Source: Candidatus Krumholzibacteriales bacterium (GTDB lineage: Bacteria; Krumholzibacteriota; Krumholzibacteriia; Krumholzibacteriales; WJIX01). From it: 46,482 bases of DNA. The notes beneath the pieces were generated by a model that saw nothing but the letters and a program-made list of their open reading frames with translations, was not told where the DNA came from and ran no database searches. A program made the position numbers and the translations under genes. The stretch covers positions 1 through 46,482 of the forward strand of contig JAWODM010000042.1 in NCBI GenBank assembly GCA_046483305.1. The letters are read 5' to 3'. Shown in pieces: positions 1-9,839 of this stretch; positions within the stretch are counted from its first letter, which is position 1, and every line of letters starts with the position of its first letter.

Positions 1-2
1 CA

Positions 3-127
3 AATACTTTATGGATTTTGGCAATTAGCGCAATACTGGTTGCTTTCATCCCTCTGTTTGCTATTGTTTATGGTGGTTTTAAACTCCTGCTTGGCATCCG
101 GCCCAATGACAGGCCCCTTGCAGCTGT
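3..127 (+). other. Partial membrane-protein coding fragment, resembling the TM region of Bacteroidota PspC-domain proteins; abruptly joined to the next fragment
   Basis: Frame 3 reads [39 protein letters not shown], which is hydrophobic. Family resemblance is from memory. Confidence 0.35.
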
Positions 128-130
128 TTG

Positions 131-260
131 TCCACCCTGCTGAACGCCCTGGTGGGGATGAAGCTCTCCATCATATCCCCCAAGCCCCAGACGACCCGCC
201 GCAACGTGATCGGTGTGCTCTCGACCGACGACTACCAGGCGGTACTGGTGGACACCCCTG
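131..260 (+). pseudogene. era: Internal fragment of GTPase Era (end of G1 through G2 to G3)
   Basis: [43 protein letters not shown] matches the Era KSTLLN...SPKPQTTR...DTPG signature. Both ends of the gene are missing. Confidence 0.8.
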
Positions 261-360
261 TCAGCGCGCCCCAGAAGCGCCCCACCGACAGCGCCTCCCC
301 GCTCAACAGCGTCTGCGCCCGGAACAGTCGCGCCATAAGGCAGAGCGTGCCGACCATCGT
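261..360 (-). other. GC-rich coding fragment resembling the C-terminus of an ABC-2-type permease
   Basis: Minus strand reads [33 protein letters not shown]. Composition shifts sharply to AT-rich at 361. Family resemblance is from memory. Confidence 0.3.
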
Positions 361-941
361 GTTAAAAATTGGTAACGGTACTCATAAGGTAACTTTGGAA
401 TTAATTCCCTTTCCTTAATGTTGCCGAAAGGGTCAAGATCGAAAATTGATGTCTGTTTCCATAATTTTCTCCATTTTTCTTTCCAATCCCGCTGTGTCTC
501 CGCTACTTTGAAATCAATTATTCTTTCTGGTTTTACCACTGCTAATGATTTGTTTAACTCTGGATTTTTAGCATGCCCGATCAAATCATTCATAGAATGG
601 AAAACTTCTCTTAACACATATTGTTTTCTCAGTGCCCAATTATTCTCTGTGCCTATTTTATCTATAATCTTTATTTTTTCATCAACACCCAATTCAGGCC
701 TGTAACTTTCCGGTCTGAAATCACTTGTATTTTTCTGTAAATCTAACTTTATCCAACTGTATTTGGGGAATTTGCTGTTATCCTGAAGAAATCTGAAAGG
801 CACAGGATAAATCCTTATCCAGCAGGTTCCATTGAGCAAACCTGCTGTGCATACCAGTTCTTCGTATCTTTCGGATGGTTGTGGATATGCTTTCACTGTG
901 ACAAGCACCTCCGCTCCATCCAAACGGCGAGGTAAATACAA
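361..941 (-). CDS. Conserved hypothetical protein (VTVKAYPxPSxxYxExVCTAG...[10 protein letters not shown]...RPESYRP family), 3'-truncated at about 360
   Basis: TTG start with AAAGGA upstream; AT-rich. The frame runs into unrelated GC-rich sequence after [11 protein letters not shown]. Confidence 0.7.
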
Positions 942-973
942 AACTAATCCTTTACGAGAACGAGCCGCTATTT

Positions 974-1315
974 CTATAATTTCTCAAATCTAATTACGGT
1001 TACTAAATCTGATTCGGACATCCCTATATATTTATAAAAATCATCCAGGCTGGAACACATTCCACCTTCAGCTTCCAGGTCTTCAATTGGCATATCTGAT
1101 AGCCTCTCTCTATATGGTTTGGCGGTCAATCGGAACTTGCCGATTTTCCTGCCCCCGGCTATTGGAATATTATCCCAGGCATCATGAATACGCTTATTTC
1201 TGTTCCAGAGACTCTCCCACATTTTGAAATGCCTGTCGGACCATTTGCGCCTGGTAACAGTCTTGTTTCCTTTAAGGAATTCCTGTCTGGTCATAGAAAA
1301 ACTGAGTATGGCCAT
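974..1315 (-). CDS. ASCH/PUA-like domain protein
   Basis: GxKTVTRR near the N-terminus, then ERLSDMxxEDLEAEGG and C-terminal VTVIRF. ATG at 1315 with AAGGAAAGG RBS. Confidence 0.7.
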   Translation of the reverse strand: MAILSFSMTRQEFLKGNKTVTRRKWSDRHFKMWESLWNRNKRIHDAWDNIPIAGGRKIGKFRLTAKPYRERLSDMPIEDLEAEGGMCSSLDDFYKYIGMSESDLVTVIRFEKL

Positions 1316-1523
1316 TTTATACCTTTCCTTTAACAGGAATACATGATCATACAAGAATTATACCTTATTGATTGTAAATAATAACTCAATTCCGGCCCAC
1401 TAATAAACACTTTACTTAGAAAAATATCAAATCTGTTCAGCCTGATTTAAAGAACTGTTAGCATACCTGCCTTCAGTGTTATTCTTAATAAATCGATAGT
1501 AAATTTAAACAGGGAGTCTGCCC

Positions 1524-2291
1524 ATGAATAAATTAATAATTTTTAGTACAATATTTTTATTAGCTCTTCCAGCATCTTCACTCCATGCGGCCGGGGCTGA
1601 GGATATACTCGAATCATACGTGGAGGATTTCCGGGGGGACCCTGCCCTGCATAATACCGTAGCCGTTTTCGGAGTTAAGGTCAGGGGTGAAGGGGCCTGG
1701 ACGGTAAGAGCGGAAGGAGATGAAGGGGTAACCCTGGAGAAGGGGCTCCCCCCGGAGCCCACATTTATTTATGTCACCGATATGGAAACCCTGCAGAAAA
1801 TGGACCGGGGCGAGCTGGCTGTGATAACCGCCATGGGCAGGGCGCGAAGCTCCGACCCGGCTCCCATGGATTTCGAGCTGATGGAGGGGTTCAACCCCCC
1901 CGCCGGCTTCATGGATTTCTTCGCTCCCTTCACCTTCCACTTCTGGACCAGGGGGTTTCCGGAAACGGTCAGGTTCGGGGCCAGGGAATTCACCCGGGTA
2001 GTCCACGGAGCCAACGTTACCGCTTTCTACTACCAGAAGGGTTTTCGCTCCGCCTGGTATCAGATTGAGAAGGGACAGCATATCAACAAAAGGAAAGAGG
2101 ATCAGGTTAACCCCTTCCCCACCCTGGTTATCTTCACTGCCGGGGAAGCGGAAGCCGAAATTGGGGGGAAATACATGAAAATAGAAGAGGGGACCAGCGT
2201 GCTGATACCCGCCGGGGTTTCGCATCAGTTCTGGAACCGCAGAGAAGAGCCCGCCGAATTTATAATACTGATGTTCGGAGAGGGGGCCTGA
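1524..2291 (+). CDS. Secreted protein with an SCP2-like N-terminal region and a C-terminal cupin domain
   Basis: Signal peptide MNKLIIFSTIFLLALPASSLHA; cupin motif 2 GTSVLIPAGVSHQFWN; GGGAG RBS. Confidence 0.7.
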   Translation: MNKLIIFSTIFLLALPASSLHAAGAEDILESYVEDFRGDPALHNTVAVFGVKVRGEGAWTVRAEGDEGVTLEKGLPPEPTFIYVTDMETLQKMDRGELAVITAMGRARSSDPAPMDFELMEGFNPPAGFMDFFAPFTFHFWTRGFPETVRFGAREFTRVVHGANVTAFYYQKGFRSAWYQIEKGQHINKRKEDQVNPFPTLVIFTAGEAEAEIGGKYMKIEEGTSVLIPAGVSHQFWNRREEPAEFIILMFGEGA

Positions 2292-2308
2292 TCCGTCCGG
2301 AATCCGGG

Positions 2309-4198
2309 TCAGTCCTTACCGGCAGCGCCCAGGATTTCATCTATCTCGTCTCTGCTCACGGTCTCCTGCTCCATGAGCCGATCCGCAAGCTTATCCAGCT
2401 TCTTGCGGTTTTCCTCCAGAATGCCGGCCGCTTTCTCTTCCATTTCCCCGATCAGTCCGGCGATCTCCTCATCGATTATCCTGGCGGTTTCCTCGCTGTA
2501 GCGCTTCTGCCTGGTCATTTCCTTGCCCAGGAAGGTATGCTCCTCCCCTTCCTGAAAATATACCGGCCCCAGTTTATCGCTCATACCCCACAGGCATATC
2601 ATCCGCCGGGCCAGCCGGGTACTTTCCCTGAGGTCATTGGCCGCACCGTTGGAGATATCGCCGAAGACCATCCGCTCTGCGGCCCTGCCCCCCAGCATTA
2701 CCGCAATCTTCTCCTTCAGGTAAGCCTTTTTCAGATTATGCCTGTCCTTCTCTGGAATCTGCTGGGTAGAGCCAAGGGACTTCCCCCTGGGAATTATGGT
2801 AACCTTCTGGAGCGGGTCGGCGCGGGAGAGAAACTGCGCCACCACAGCGTGCCCCGCTTCGTGATATGCTATGACTTCTTTCTCTTCGTCGGTTATTATA
2901 TCATCTGTCTTCGGTCCCAGCAGCATCTTATCCCTGGCCCTGTTGAAATCCTCCATCTCCACTTGATCCTTCTTCTCTCTTCCGGCCAGAAGGGCGGCCT
3001 CGTTCACCAGGTTCTCCAGATCGGCACCGGAAAATCCAACCGTCATTGCCGCGATGCCCTCCAGGTCGACATCATCGGCCAGGGGAACCTCCCTGGAATG
3101 TATCTCCAGGATCCTGACCCTGGCTTTCTTGCGCGGCAGGTGCAGAACGATTCGCCTGTCGAATCTGCCGGGCCTGATAAGAGCGGGGTCCAGCACGTCC
3201 GGCCGGTTGGTGGCGGCGAGGACAACTATGGCCTGCTTCGGAACGAAACCGTCCATCTCCGCCAGTATCTGATTGAGTGTCTGCTCTCTTTCATCGTGGC
3301 CTCCTCCCAGCCCGGTACCCCTGGCCCTGCCGATGGAATCGAGCTCATCTATGAATATGATGGATGGGGATGCTTTCTTGGCCTTCTCGAACAGGTCCCG
3401 GACCCTGGAAGCGCCCACCCCCACGAACATCTCTATAAACTCTGAGCCGCTGATGCTGAAGAACGACACGTCCGCCTCTCCGGCTGCCGCCCTGGCCATC
3501 AGTGTCTTTCCCGTGCCGGGAGGCCCTACCAGAAGAATGCCCTTTGGTATAACCGCTCCAAGGCTGATAAATTTTTCAGGGTTTCGGAGGTATTCAACAA
3601 CTTCCCGCAGGTCCTTCTTGGCGCTGGTCAGCCCCGCAACGTCGTCGAAATCGGTATCGCTGGATTTGCTGCTGATCCTTTTTGCCCTGGATTTGCCTAT
3701 TCCGAACACACCTCCCGGCGAACCGCGCCCCTTCCCCGCCATTCTTCTGCTCATATAAACGAAATAACCCACGATAAGCAGAAACGGCAGGGCGTAAATT
3801 ATTACATTCAAGAACCAGGGCCTCTGCTCTACCTCCGCCTCTATCTCCACCCCGTTCTTCTCCAGCATTCCGATAAGGCCGGTATCTTCTATCCGGGGTT
3901 TTACCGTCTTGAAAAAGCGGTATCCTCCGGCCTCTTCCTGGCCTGTTTCGGGCTTATACGGTTTTTCGAACTTCCCCTTTATTCTGCTTCCCTTGATAGT
4001 TATCCCGCTCACGTTCCCCTTTTCCACCTGCTGCTTGAACTTCGAGTAGGATATTTCTGTTCTGTTCCTTCCGGCGGGGAAGAAGTAAAAATAGATCGCT
4101 ATGGCTATAATCAGGATAAGCCAGGGAAGCATCCCCATTTTGCTCTTTTTCAGATAATTTTTCCCCGGTTTGAATTCCTCGTTAATATCCATATTCAT
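2309..4198 (-). CDS. ftsH: ATP-dependent zinc metalloprotease FtsH
   Basis: Two TM segments, Walker [14 protein letters not shown] pore loop, Walker [37 protein letters not shown] zinc motif. Confidence 0.97.
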   Translation of the reverse strand: MNMDINEEFKPGKNYLKKSKMGMLPWLILIIAIAIYFYFFPAGRNRTEISYSKFKQQVEKGNVSGITIKGSRIKGKFEKPYKPETGQEEAGGYRFFKTVKPRIEDTGLIGMLEKNGVEIEAEVEQRPWFLNVIIYALPFLLIVGYFVYMSRRMAGKGRGSPGGVFGIGKSRAKRISSKSSDTDFDDVAGLTSAKKDLREVVEYLRNPEKFISLGAVIPKGILLVGPPGTGKTLMARAAAGEADVSFFSISGSEFIEMFVGVGASRVRDLFEKAKKASPSIIFIDELDSIGRARGTGLGGGHDEREQTLNQILAEMDGFVPKQAIVVLAATNRPDVLDPALIRPGRFDRRIVLHLPRKKARVRILEIHSREVPLADDVDLEGIAAMTVGFSGADLENLVNEAALLAGREKKDQVEMEDFNRARDKMLLGPKTDDIITDEEKEVIAYHEAGHAVVAQFLSRADPLQKVTIIPRGKSLGSTQQIPEKDRHNLKKAYLKEKIAVMLGGRAAERMVFGDISNGAANDLRESTRLARRMICLWGMSDKLGPVYFQEGEEHTFLGKEMTRQKRYSEETARIIDEEIAGLIGEMEEKAAGILEENRKKLDKLADRLMEQETVSRDEIDEILGAAGKD

Positions 4199-4232
4199 CT
4201 TTTCGCCATGAATAATTTCTTATGGGTTGGGT

Positions 4233-4679
4233 TCATACTTCCCGCTCTGAAGGATTCAATCCATTCCCGTCATCGTTAACCCTGAACCTTTCATCCCCGT
4301 CCTCCAGCAGTTCAGAGATCCTGGAAAGCAGCCTCTCCGGGTCCAATGGTTTGGTCATGCAGCCCCGGAACCCTATTATGCTCATCAGAGTGGCGTACAT
4401 ATGGCCTGTATAGTAACCGGTCATTCCGAGAATCGGTATACTGGAGGTTTCCGTTCTATGGCCCAGTTCCTGCGCCACGGAAAAACCGCTCTTGCCATCC
4501 ATTTTGAGATCAAGCAGTATCAGATCGGGGGGAGAGTTTCGCGCATGATCAAGAGCTTCGGACCCGTTGGAAAAGGTTATGATCCGGTAACCGCTGCCTG
4601 ACAGAAGTTCAGAAAGCTCCTCAAGCAGCTCCACGTTGTCATCCACTATCATTACGACCTTTTTTTCTCCGTTTCCCAT
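4233..4679 (-). CDS. Single-domain response regulator (REC)
   Basis: IVDD...ILLDLKMDGKSG...MTG...KP. Start reassigned to ATG 4679 (GAGGGG RBS). Confidence 0.88.
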   Translation of the reverse strand: MGNGEKKVVMIVDDNVELLEELSELLSGSGYRIITFSNGSEALDHARNSPPDLILLDLKMDGKSGFSVAQELGHRTETSSIPILGMTGYYTGHMYATLMSIIGFRGCMTKPLDPERLLSRISELLEDGDERFRVNDDGNGLNPSEREV

Positions 4680-4692
4680 TTCGCCAACCCCT

Positions 4693-5016
4693 CTATTCTC
4701 CTTCTCCAAGCTGGCCGTTTTCTTTTTTGCCTATCATCTCAGCCAGGATTTCTATCCCCCTGCCGAATTCTTCGAGGTCCCTGTCTATCCTGGATTTGAG
4801 ATCTCCGCGTTTCTCCGGCGCCGCGTTCTCGAACCGGCTCATCAGGAGCAAAATCAGCTTTTTCTTCTCAGTCAGTTCTTCCGAACTGGTATCTATCTCA
4901 ATCCGCTCATCGGCCGGGATTTTCCCGGCTCTACCTTCCAGCTCCTCCAGTCTCCCGTTGAGCTCCCGGAGCCTCTCCAGCCCCTTTCTGTATTTTCCAT
5001 TGCTTATATAATTCAT
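4693..5016 (-). CDS. Small charged coiled-coil protein, loosely similar to 40276-40560
   Basis: E/K/R-rich heptad pattern; heads the apparent operon with the REC gene and ftsH. Confidence 0.6.
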   Translation of the reverse strand: MNYISNGKYRKGLERLRELNGRLEELEGRAGKIPADERIEIDTSSEELTEKKKLILLLMSRFENAAPEKRGDLKSRIDRDLEEFGRGIEILAEMIGKKENGQLGEGE

Positions 5017-5065
5017 ATCAATATCACCCTGCAAAAGACAGCATGCCATCTGCGGCCGATGACTT

Positions 5066-5103
5066 CAATTGCCCCCTTCCCCTTTTTGCTGCCTTTTATC
5101 CAC
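5066..5103 (-). promoter_or_regulatory. Regulon box copy, upstream of the coiled-coil/REC/ftsH operon
   Basis: Minus strand GTGGAT-AAAAG-GCAGCAAAAAGGG-GAAGGGGG-CAATTG; -35 TTGAAG, 17-nt spacer ending TGG, -10 CATGCT (5045-5040). Confidence 0.6.
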
Positions 5104-5154
5104 AAACTGCCGCCGGCCGTCCGGGATACTACTGAAAGCGGCGGGAATACCGCT

Positions 5155-5192
5155 GTGGAACCGCGTCAGTAAATAGTAGATTGCTCCAATTG
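5155..5192 (+). promoter_or_regulatory. Regulon box copy, upstream of 5269
   Basis: GTGGAA-CCGCG-TCAGTAAATAGTA-GATTGCTC-CAATTG; -35 TTGATA, 17-nt spacer ending TGC, GAATAT. Confidence 0.75.
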
Positions 5193-5268
5193 ATAAAGGG
5201 GTGAATTTGTGCGAATATTCCTGCGATTGATGTAATACAGAAGAAACCGGAAGGAAGGATAACGCATT

Positions 5269-5661
5269 ATGGGCGCTTTTCTGTTTTCTCTTGTTATCTC
5301 ATTATTCTTTGTAATTATTTTTGCTGTCCTGGCCGGAAGAAGGGGGCCCTGGAATAATATCGCGGTTTTCTTCCTGGTCGTTTTTCTTGCCACCTGGGGG
5401 ATCGGCAGCTACCTCCGCTTTCTCTGGTTCCCGGTAATGGGGGTATACTGGCTCCCGTTTTTTCTGGTGGCGCTTCTATTCTCTCTGCTTCTGGCATCCA
5501 TACTCGCCCAAAAACCTTCCTCCAGAGAACCGGGAGAGCTCGAAGAAGTGCGGAACGTAAAAAGGCCTCCCTTGAAACTGGGCCTTTTCTTCTGGCTGTT
5601 CATAGCGGTTCTGTTGATACTATTAATTATTATCTACCTCTTCCCGGATAAAGTGGCCTGA
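5269..5661 (+). CDS. Small integral membrane protein (about 4 TM)
   Basis: Hydrophobic helices, GRRGPW loop, AAGGA RBS. Confidence 0.75.
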   Translation: MGAFLFSLVISLFFVIIFAVLAGRRGPWNNIAVFFLVVFLATWGIGSYLRFLWFPVMGVYWLPFFLVALLFSLLLASILAQKPSSREPGELEEVRNVKRPPLKLGLFFWLFIAVLLILLIIIYLFPDKVA

Positions 5662-5721
5662 AAATCTTCAGCAGAGTGATTGATCTCATGAATGATGTCA
5701 TTATATATTGTAACCGGAAGG

Positions 5722-5757
5722 CAGGAGGGAGAACGCGCCATGCGCTCTCCCCTGTTT
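5722..5757. terminator. Hairpin between convergent genes; possible terminator
   Basis: GGGAGAACGC-GCCAT-GCGCTCTCCC stem with one mismatch, followed by a short T run. Confidence 0.35.
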
Positions 5758-5805
5758 AGTGGATGCCGATGTGATCAGACAGGAAAGATCCTGCAGCCGG
5801 CTTCT

Positions 5806-6234
5806 TTATCTCTCCGGCTGGCCTGGTTTTGAGATTTCCTCCAGTGTTTCACCCGCCATTCTTTCATCAGCTTCTACGGCGAGGTCTCCCAATGAGACGA
5901 TCCCGACCAGCTGGTTATCTCTGTCAACAACCGGCAGCCGCCGGATTTTATTCTCTCTCATTCTGGCGGCAACGGTTTCTACTTCCTCATTATCATGGCA
6001 AACGGCTAAATCCTCGCTGATTATATCTCCGGCTCTTACCTCATTCGGATTATTCCCTTCGGCAGTGGACCGGATCACGATATCGCGATCGGTCAGAACC
6101 CCGGCAAGGTTGCTTCCGTCAATTACCGGGAGCACGCCTGCATCCAAATCCTTCATCATCGCCGCTGCGTCCTTAACCGAAGTACCCGGCTGTATAACCT
6201 CTACATTTTCTGTCATGATTTCCTTGATCTGCAT
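5806..6234 (-). CDS. Tandem CBS-domain protein (Hrp1/YhcV-like)
   Basis: IKEIMT...LPVID...GVLTDRDIV...IRRLPVVD...GIVSLGDL; GGAGG RBS. Confidence 0.93.
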   Translation of the reverse strand: MQIKEIMTENVEVIQPGTSVKDAAAMMKDLDAGVLPVIDGSNLAGVLTDRDIVIRSTAEGNNPNEVRAGDIISEDLAVCHDNEEVETVAARMRENKIRRLPVVDRDNQLVGIVSLGDLAVEADERMAGETLEEISKPGQPER

Positions 6235-6274
6235 GGCTCCTCCTTCCCGGCAATATATTTCAGCCGACTAAATA

Positions 6275-7021
6275 CTACCAGTATTTAGGCCTTCCGTAGT
6301 AATCGTAGAGTTTCAGCTCGTAATCCCGGTTCACCGGAGTGGCTGGATCGTAAGGAGGGCTGTTTTCTATCTCTTCTCTGGTAAGATCGACCGTTACCTT
6401 TGCGTCCGCCCAGTCAACCAGTTCGATCCATTCGGGAGATATCAGCACTTTTTTCCCCGACAGCCAGTTTCCGGTCTTGACTACCATGTATCTGATGGTC
6501 CAGGTGCTGTCTTCGATGATGAAGTTATCAACCTGTCCGATATCACCGTCAAGAGAGTGGATGCTGTAGCCTTCCACCTCGTCGGTGGACCGGAGATGGC
6601 TTTCCAGAGGTTCAGTCTCCTCCTGAACGGTCTGCTTCTCCGTGGGAGCCTGGTAAATCTCCGGAGGGTAACCGACCGGCCCCCAGATCCCCCCTCCTAT
6701 CCAGTAAACCGACCATCCGTAATGTTTGAACCATTCCTTCTCATATTCTCTGGATACCGGCTGGTCGGCGCTTATCGGCGGGCTGTTTTCTATGCTGTTT
6801 TTGGTAAGCTTCACCGGCAGCCGCCTGGTTTTTCCGTCAGGGCTTCCCAGTGATATCGGTGATATCAGAACCTTGCGGTCCGGCAGCCATTTCCCGGTAT
6901 CGGCAACCATGTAACGGATAGTCCAGTAATGGTCATCGAAAAGGAAATACCTGCACCTTCCGATTTCTCCGTCCTCCGCCAGAAGGACATAACCTTTAAG
7001 TTCATTCAGATCCCTTAACAT
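6275..7021 (-). CDS. Tandem PRC-barrel domain protein
   Basis: Two internal repeats of DG(E/D)IG...WTIRYMVxxTGxWLxxxKVLISP...IENSP. Confidence 0.9.
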   Translation of the reverse strand: MLRDLNELKGYVLLAEDGEIGRCRYFLFDDHYWTIRYMVADTGKWLPDRKVLISPISLGSPDGKTRRLPVKLTKNSIENSPPISADQPVSREYEKEWFKHYGWSVYWIGGGIWGPVGYPPEIYQAPTEKQTVQEETEPLESHLRSTDEVEGYSIHSLDGDIGQVDNFIIEDSTWTIRYMVVKTGNWLSGKKVLISPEWIELVDWADAKVTVDLTREEIENSPPYDPATPVNRDYELKLYDYYGRPKYW

Positions 7022-7028
7022 TATTTTA

Positions 7029-7655
7029 TCACTCCCTGTATCTGTCCCGAACGGATATTACCACTCTGCGGTTTTTCGCTCTTCCCTCCGGCGTGTCGTT
7101 TCCGGCAGCGGGGTGGTATTCACCGTAGCCTGAAATGGCTATCCGCTTCGGGTCTACGTTATGCTTTCTCAACAGATAGTGCAGAACCACGCTTGCGCGC
7201 GCTGTGGAAAGTTCCCAGTTGGACGGGAAGATATGCCGGAAGTCCTCATCTATCTCTACGTCATCGGTATGCCCTTCGATCAGAATGCGCCTGTCCGGAT
7301 GATCCTGCAGCACCTCCCATATCTTATCAATCGCTTCTTTTCCATTATCGGTCAGGCGGGTGCTCCCGAAATTAAAACTTACCGCATCCGGTATCTTTAT
7401 TTTCAGAAGGTCGTTCTTCGTCTCCAGGCATACTTCCAGGTCCTTCCTGGCCTCCGCGAGTTTCTGCTCCAGCTCGGACCTGATATCCATCATCTCGTCA
7501 TTGGTACTCCTTAACTCGCTGTTCAGGCTGTCCACCCTCTGTTCGAGGTCTGTTATCTGCATATTCTTTTCATTTATCAGGTTCTTGTTTCCCGAACAGC
7601 CTATCAGTACCAGGGCAAAAATAAGTGCAGCCGATTTGAACAATAATCTTTTCAT
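7029..7655 (-). CDS. OmpA/MotB-family lipoprotein
   Basis: Lipobox LIGC, coiled coil, IEGHTD...SNWELSTARA...GYGEYHP...NRRV. Confidence 0.9.
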   Translation of the reverse strand: MKRLLFKSAALIFALVLIGCSGNKNLINEKNMQITDLEQRVDSLNSELRSTNDEMMDIRSELEQKLAEARKDLEVCLETKNDLLKIKIPDAVSFNFGSTRLTDNGKEAIDKIWEVLQDHPDRRILIEGHTDDVEIDEDFRHIFPSNWELSTARASVVLHYLLRKHNVDPKRIAISGYGEYHPAAGNDTPEGRAKNRRVVISVRDRYRE

Positions 7656-7725
7656 GTTTAACCTCCATTCCTGATCAATTTATTTCCTTCCTCATATTCG
7701 ATTCTATGGCATTTATCCTGGCATC

Positions 7726-7763
7726 CAATTGGGCGGGGTTACTTTTTACTGATTGCTTTCCAC
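7726..7763 (-). promoter_or_regulatory. Regulon box copy, upstream of the ompA/PRC/CBS operon
   Basis: Minus strand GTGGAA-AGCAA-TCAGTAAAAAGTA-ACCCCGCC-CAATTG; -35 TTGGAT, 16 nt, TAGAAT (7706-7701). Confidence 0.75.
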
Positions 7764-7943
7764 CTTTACGCCCGGTGGGGCAAACCCGCCCGACAAATGG
7801 AATATGTGGAATTAATTCATATCGCCGGTTTAATCCGGGCGGGTTCACCTCTACTGCGGTTTTGACGGGCCGGAAGCAGATTTCCGGGGCGCAAACAGAG
7901 CGGATCACCCCACCTTTATTGACGCTCTTATGCATCCCGGCAA

Positions 7944-8339
7944 TCAGCTTAATTCGATCTCCCCGGAATTCTGCCACAGCCCGTGAATATTACAGTAGCT
8001 CATAGCCAGTACGGTTCCCGGCTTTTCAGTCTTGAAACTCAGGGTGGCCTGATGATTGGTATAGACGCCGCTGGTATCAGGCCCTTCGGGGGAAGCGCCG
8101 TGGGCGGCAAAGTCGGCTCCGCCGATCTGATAGGGAAACTTCGCTCCCTCGGGGTGGAAATAGATCTTTATCCACCTGATGTGGTGCTCGGTCTTGTTGG
8201 GATGAGCTACCTCCTTGCCCAGAGTTACCTTTATATCGAAGAACTCTCCAGATTCTATCTTCTCCGGCAGTTCTATCGCCGGAACATGCTTTTCCGACTT
8301 CCAGTCGGCAGTCTGGAATAATCCTGCGAATCCTTTCAT
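7944..8339 (-). CDS. Superoxide reductase-like protein (class II SORL / neelaredoxin-type)
   Basis: Iron-ligand motifs EKHVP, HPNxxEHHIRW, CNIHG; GGAGGTG RBS. Confidence 0.9.
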   Translation of the reverse strand: MKGFAGLFQTADWKSEKHVPAIELPEKIESGEFFDIKVTLGKEVAHPNKTEHHIRWIKIYFHPEGAKFPYQIGGADFAAHGASPEGPDTSGVYTNHQATLSFKTEKPGTVLAMSYCNIHGLWQNSGEIELS

Positions 8340-8434
8340 TTCTCACCTCCAATTACTTCGAGAAACCCGGCTCTGGCTTCCCGATAAAAATTACTTTTCT
8401 TGCCTTAAAGAATAAAGGGCGCTTACAGTTACAA

Positions 8435-8472
8435 CAATTGTCTTAATCTACCAATAACTGACCGGAATCCCC
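8435..8472 (-). promoter_or_regulatory. Regulon box copy, upstream of SORL
   Basis: Minus strand GGGGAT-TCCGG-TCAGTTATTGGTA-GATTAAGA-CAATTG; -35 TTGTTG, 17 nt, TATTCT (8414-8409). Confidence 0.68.
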
Positions 8473-8611
8473 GTCCTGCGGATACGGGCTTTCCGCCGCG
8501 GCTGGAACTAAATCAATGGAGAGTTGCTTATAACTCAAGAAGTCGGGAGACATAGAGATCCCCGGCAGCGGTTAATTCTTTGAATTGTATAAATAATTCT
8601 GTCCGATAGCC

Positions 8612-9766
8612 CTACTGCAGCGGTTTCTGAAGGATCTTCCTCTCAAGCCCTATTTTGAGAGACAGAAACCGGAGTATATCGTCCAGCGATATCATTCCCT
8701 CAAGCTGGTTTTCATCCACCACCGGCAATCCGCCTCCTTTATCCCGGCGGCGCAGAATGTGCAGAGCCTCCAGCGCGTCCTGGCCGGGAGCTATGGAGTT
8801 TTCTCCGGAACAGGGCTCCGCTATCTCTCCGGCGGTCAGTTCCTTCTCGCTGCCGCCGGAAAGGCCTCTTATCTGTTCTCTGCTGACGCACCCCTTCAGT
8901 GAACCGTTCTCCCGAACCGGGAAGGCTCCGATATCATATTTTTCGCCATATTCGCCCACCAGCTCCCCCATGGAAATCCCGGCAGGGACGGTAACAGGCT
9001 CTTCCTTCATGATTTCCCGCACTTCTACTCCTCTCAAAGCTTCCCTTATCCTGGAATGGAGTATGGAGCGCTGAGAGGCCGAACGCAGAAACAACCCTAT
9101 GAATATCCACCAGAAACCGGCAACCATGGAACCGCTTACCAGGAATACTATCCCGGCAAATATAAGTAAAAAGGCGAAAACCATACCCACTCTTGCTGAT
9201 ATAACGGTGGACTTATGCAGGTCCTTCTTGATTTTCCATATGGCCGCCCTGAGGACCCTACCCCCGTCCAGTGGGAAAGCAGGTATAAGGTTGAAACCGG
9301 CCAGCACCAGGTTGATTATACCGAGATATCGGATTACCTGAACCGCCGGGGCCGGCCATCCGGTAACCGGGCCACGCTGAGCCAGGGCCAGGAATACTAC
9401 ACCGGCCACTATACTCGCGGCCGGCCCGGCCACAGCCATATAGAACTCCGCCCCCGGACTCTCCGGTTCCCGGCGCATTTCCGAGACGCCGCCGAATATG
9501 AACAGGGTTATTCCCTCTATGGGAAGTCCGTACCTGCGCGCCACTATTGAATGGCTGAGCTCGTGAAAGGTCACGGAAGCGAACAGCCCTGCCGCCCCCG
9601 CTATACCCATAATCCAGTAAACAAATTCTGACTGCCCTTCCAGACGGGAGGGAAAAACCGCGACGGCCAGGGACCAGGATATCAGAACAACTATTATCAG
9701 CCAGCTGAGGTCAATCCTGATATCGAAGCCCATTATTGAAAAAAGGGTAATTTTCCTGCCGAACAT
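8612..9766 (-). CDS. Site-2 (M50) membrane metalloprotease with C-terminal CBS pair
   Basis: HELSH, LFIFGGVS, FNLIPAFPLDGGR, followed by CBS domains. Confidence 0.93.
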   Translation of the reverse strand: MFGRKITLFSIMGFDIRIDLSWLIIVVLISWSLAVAVFPSRLEGQSEFVYWIMGIAGAAGLFASVTFHELSHSIVARRYGLPIEGITLFIFGGVSEMRREPESPGAEFYMAVAGPAASIVAGVVFLALAQRGPVTGWPAPAVQVIRYLGIINLVLAGFNLIPAFPLDGGRVLRAAIWKIKKDLHKSTVISARVGMVFAFLLIFAGIVFLVSGSMVAGFWWIFIGLFLRSASQRSILHSRIREALRGVEVREIMKEEPVTVPAGISMGELVGEYGEKYDIGAFPVRENGSLKGCVSREQIRGLSGGSEKELTAGEIAEPCSGENSIAPGQDALEALHILRRRDKGGGLPVVDENQLEGMISLDDILRFLSLKIGLERKILQKPLQ

Positions 9767-9839
9767 ACTTATTCACTCTCGGATTTCAGATCTCAGCGGA
9801 ATCAGAAACCCGGGGGCGGCCTCCCGCCCGCCCGCAACG

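Noticed and set aside
7777..7900. c-di-GMP-I riboswitch (GGCAAAC... and GCGCAAA)
   Set aside because: No GNRA-capped P2 followed by GACGCAAA at the right spacing, and it is on the wrong strand for the downstream gene.
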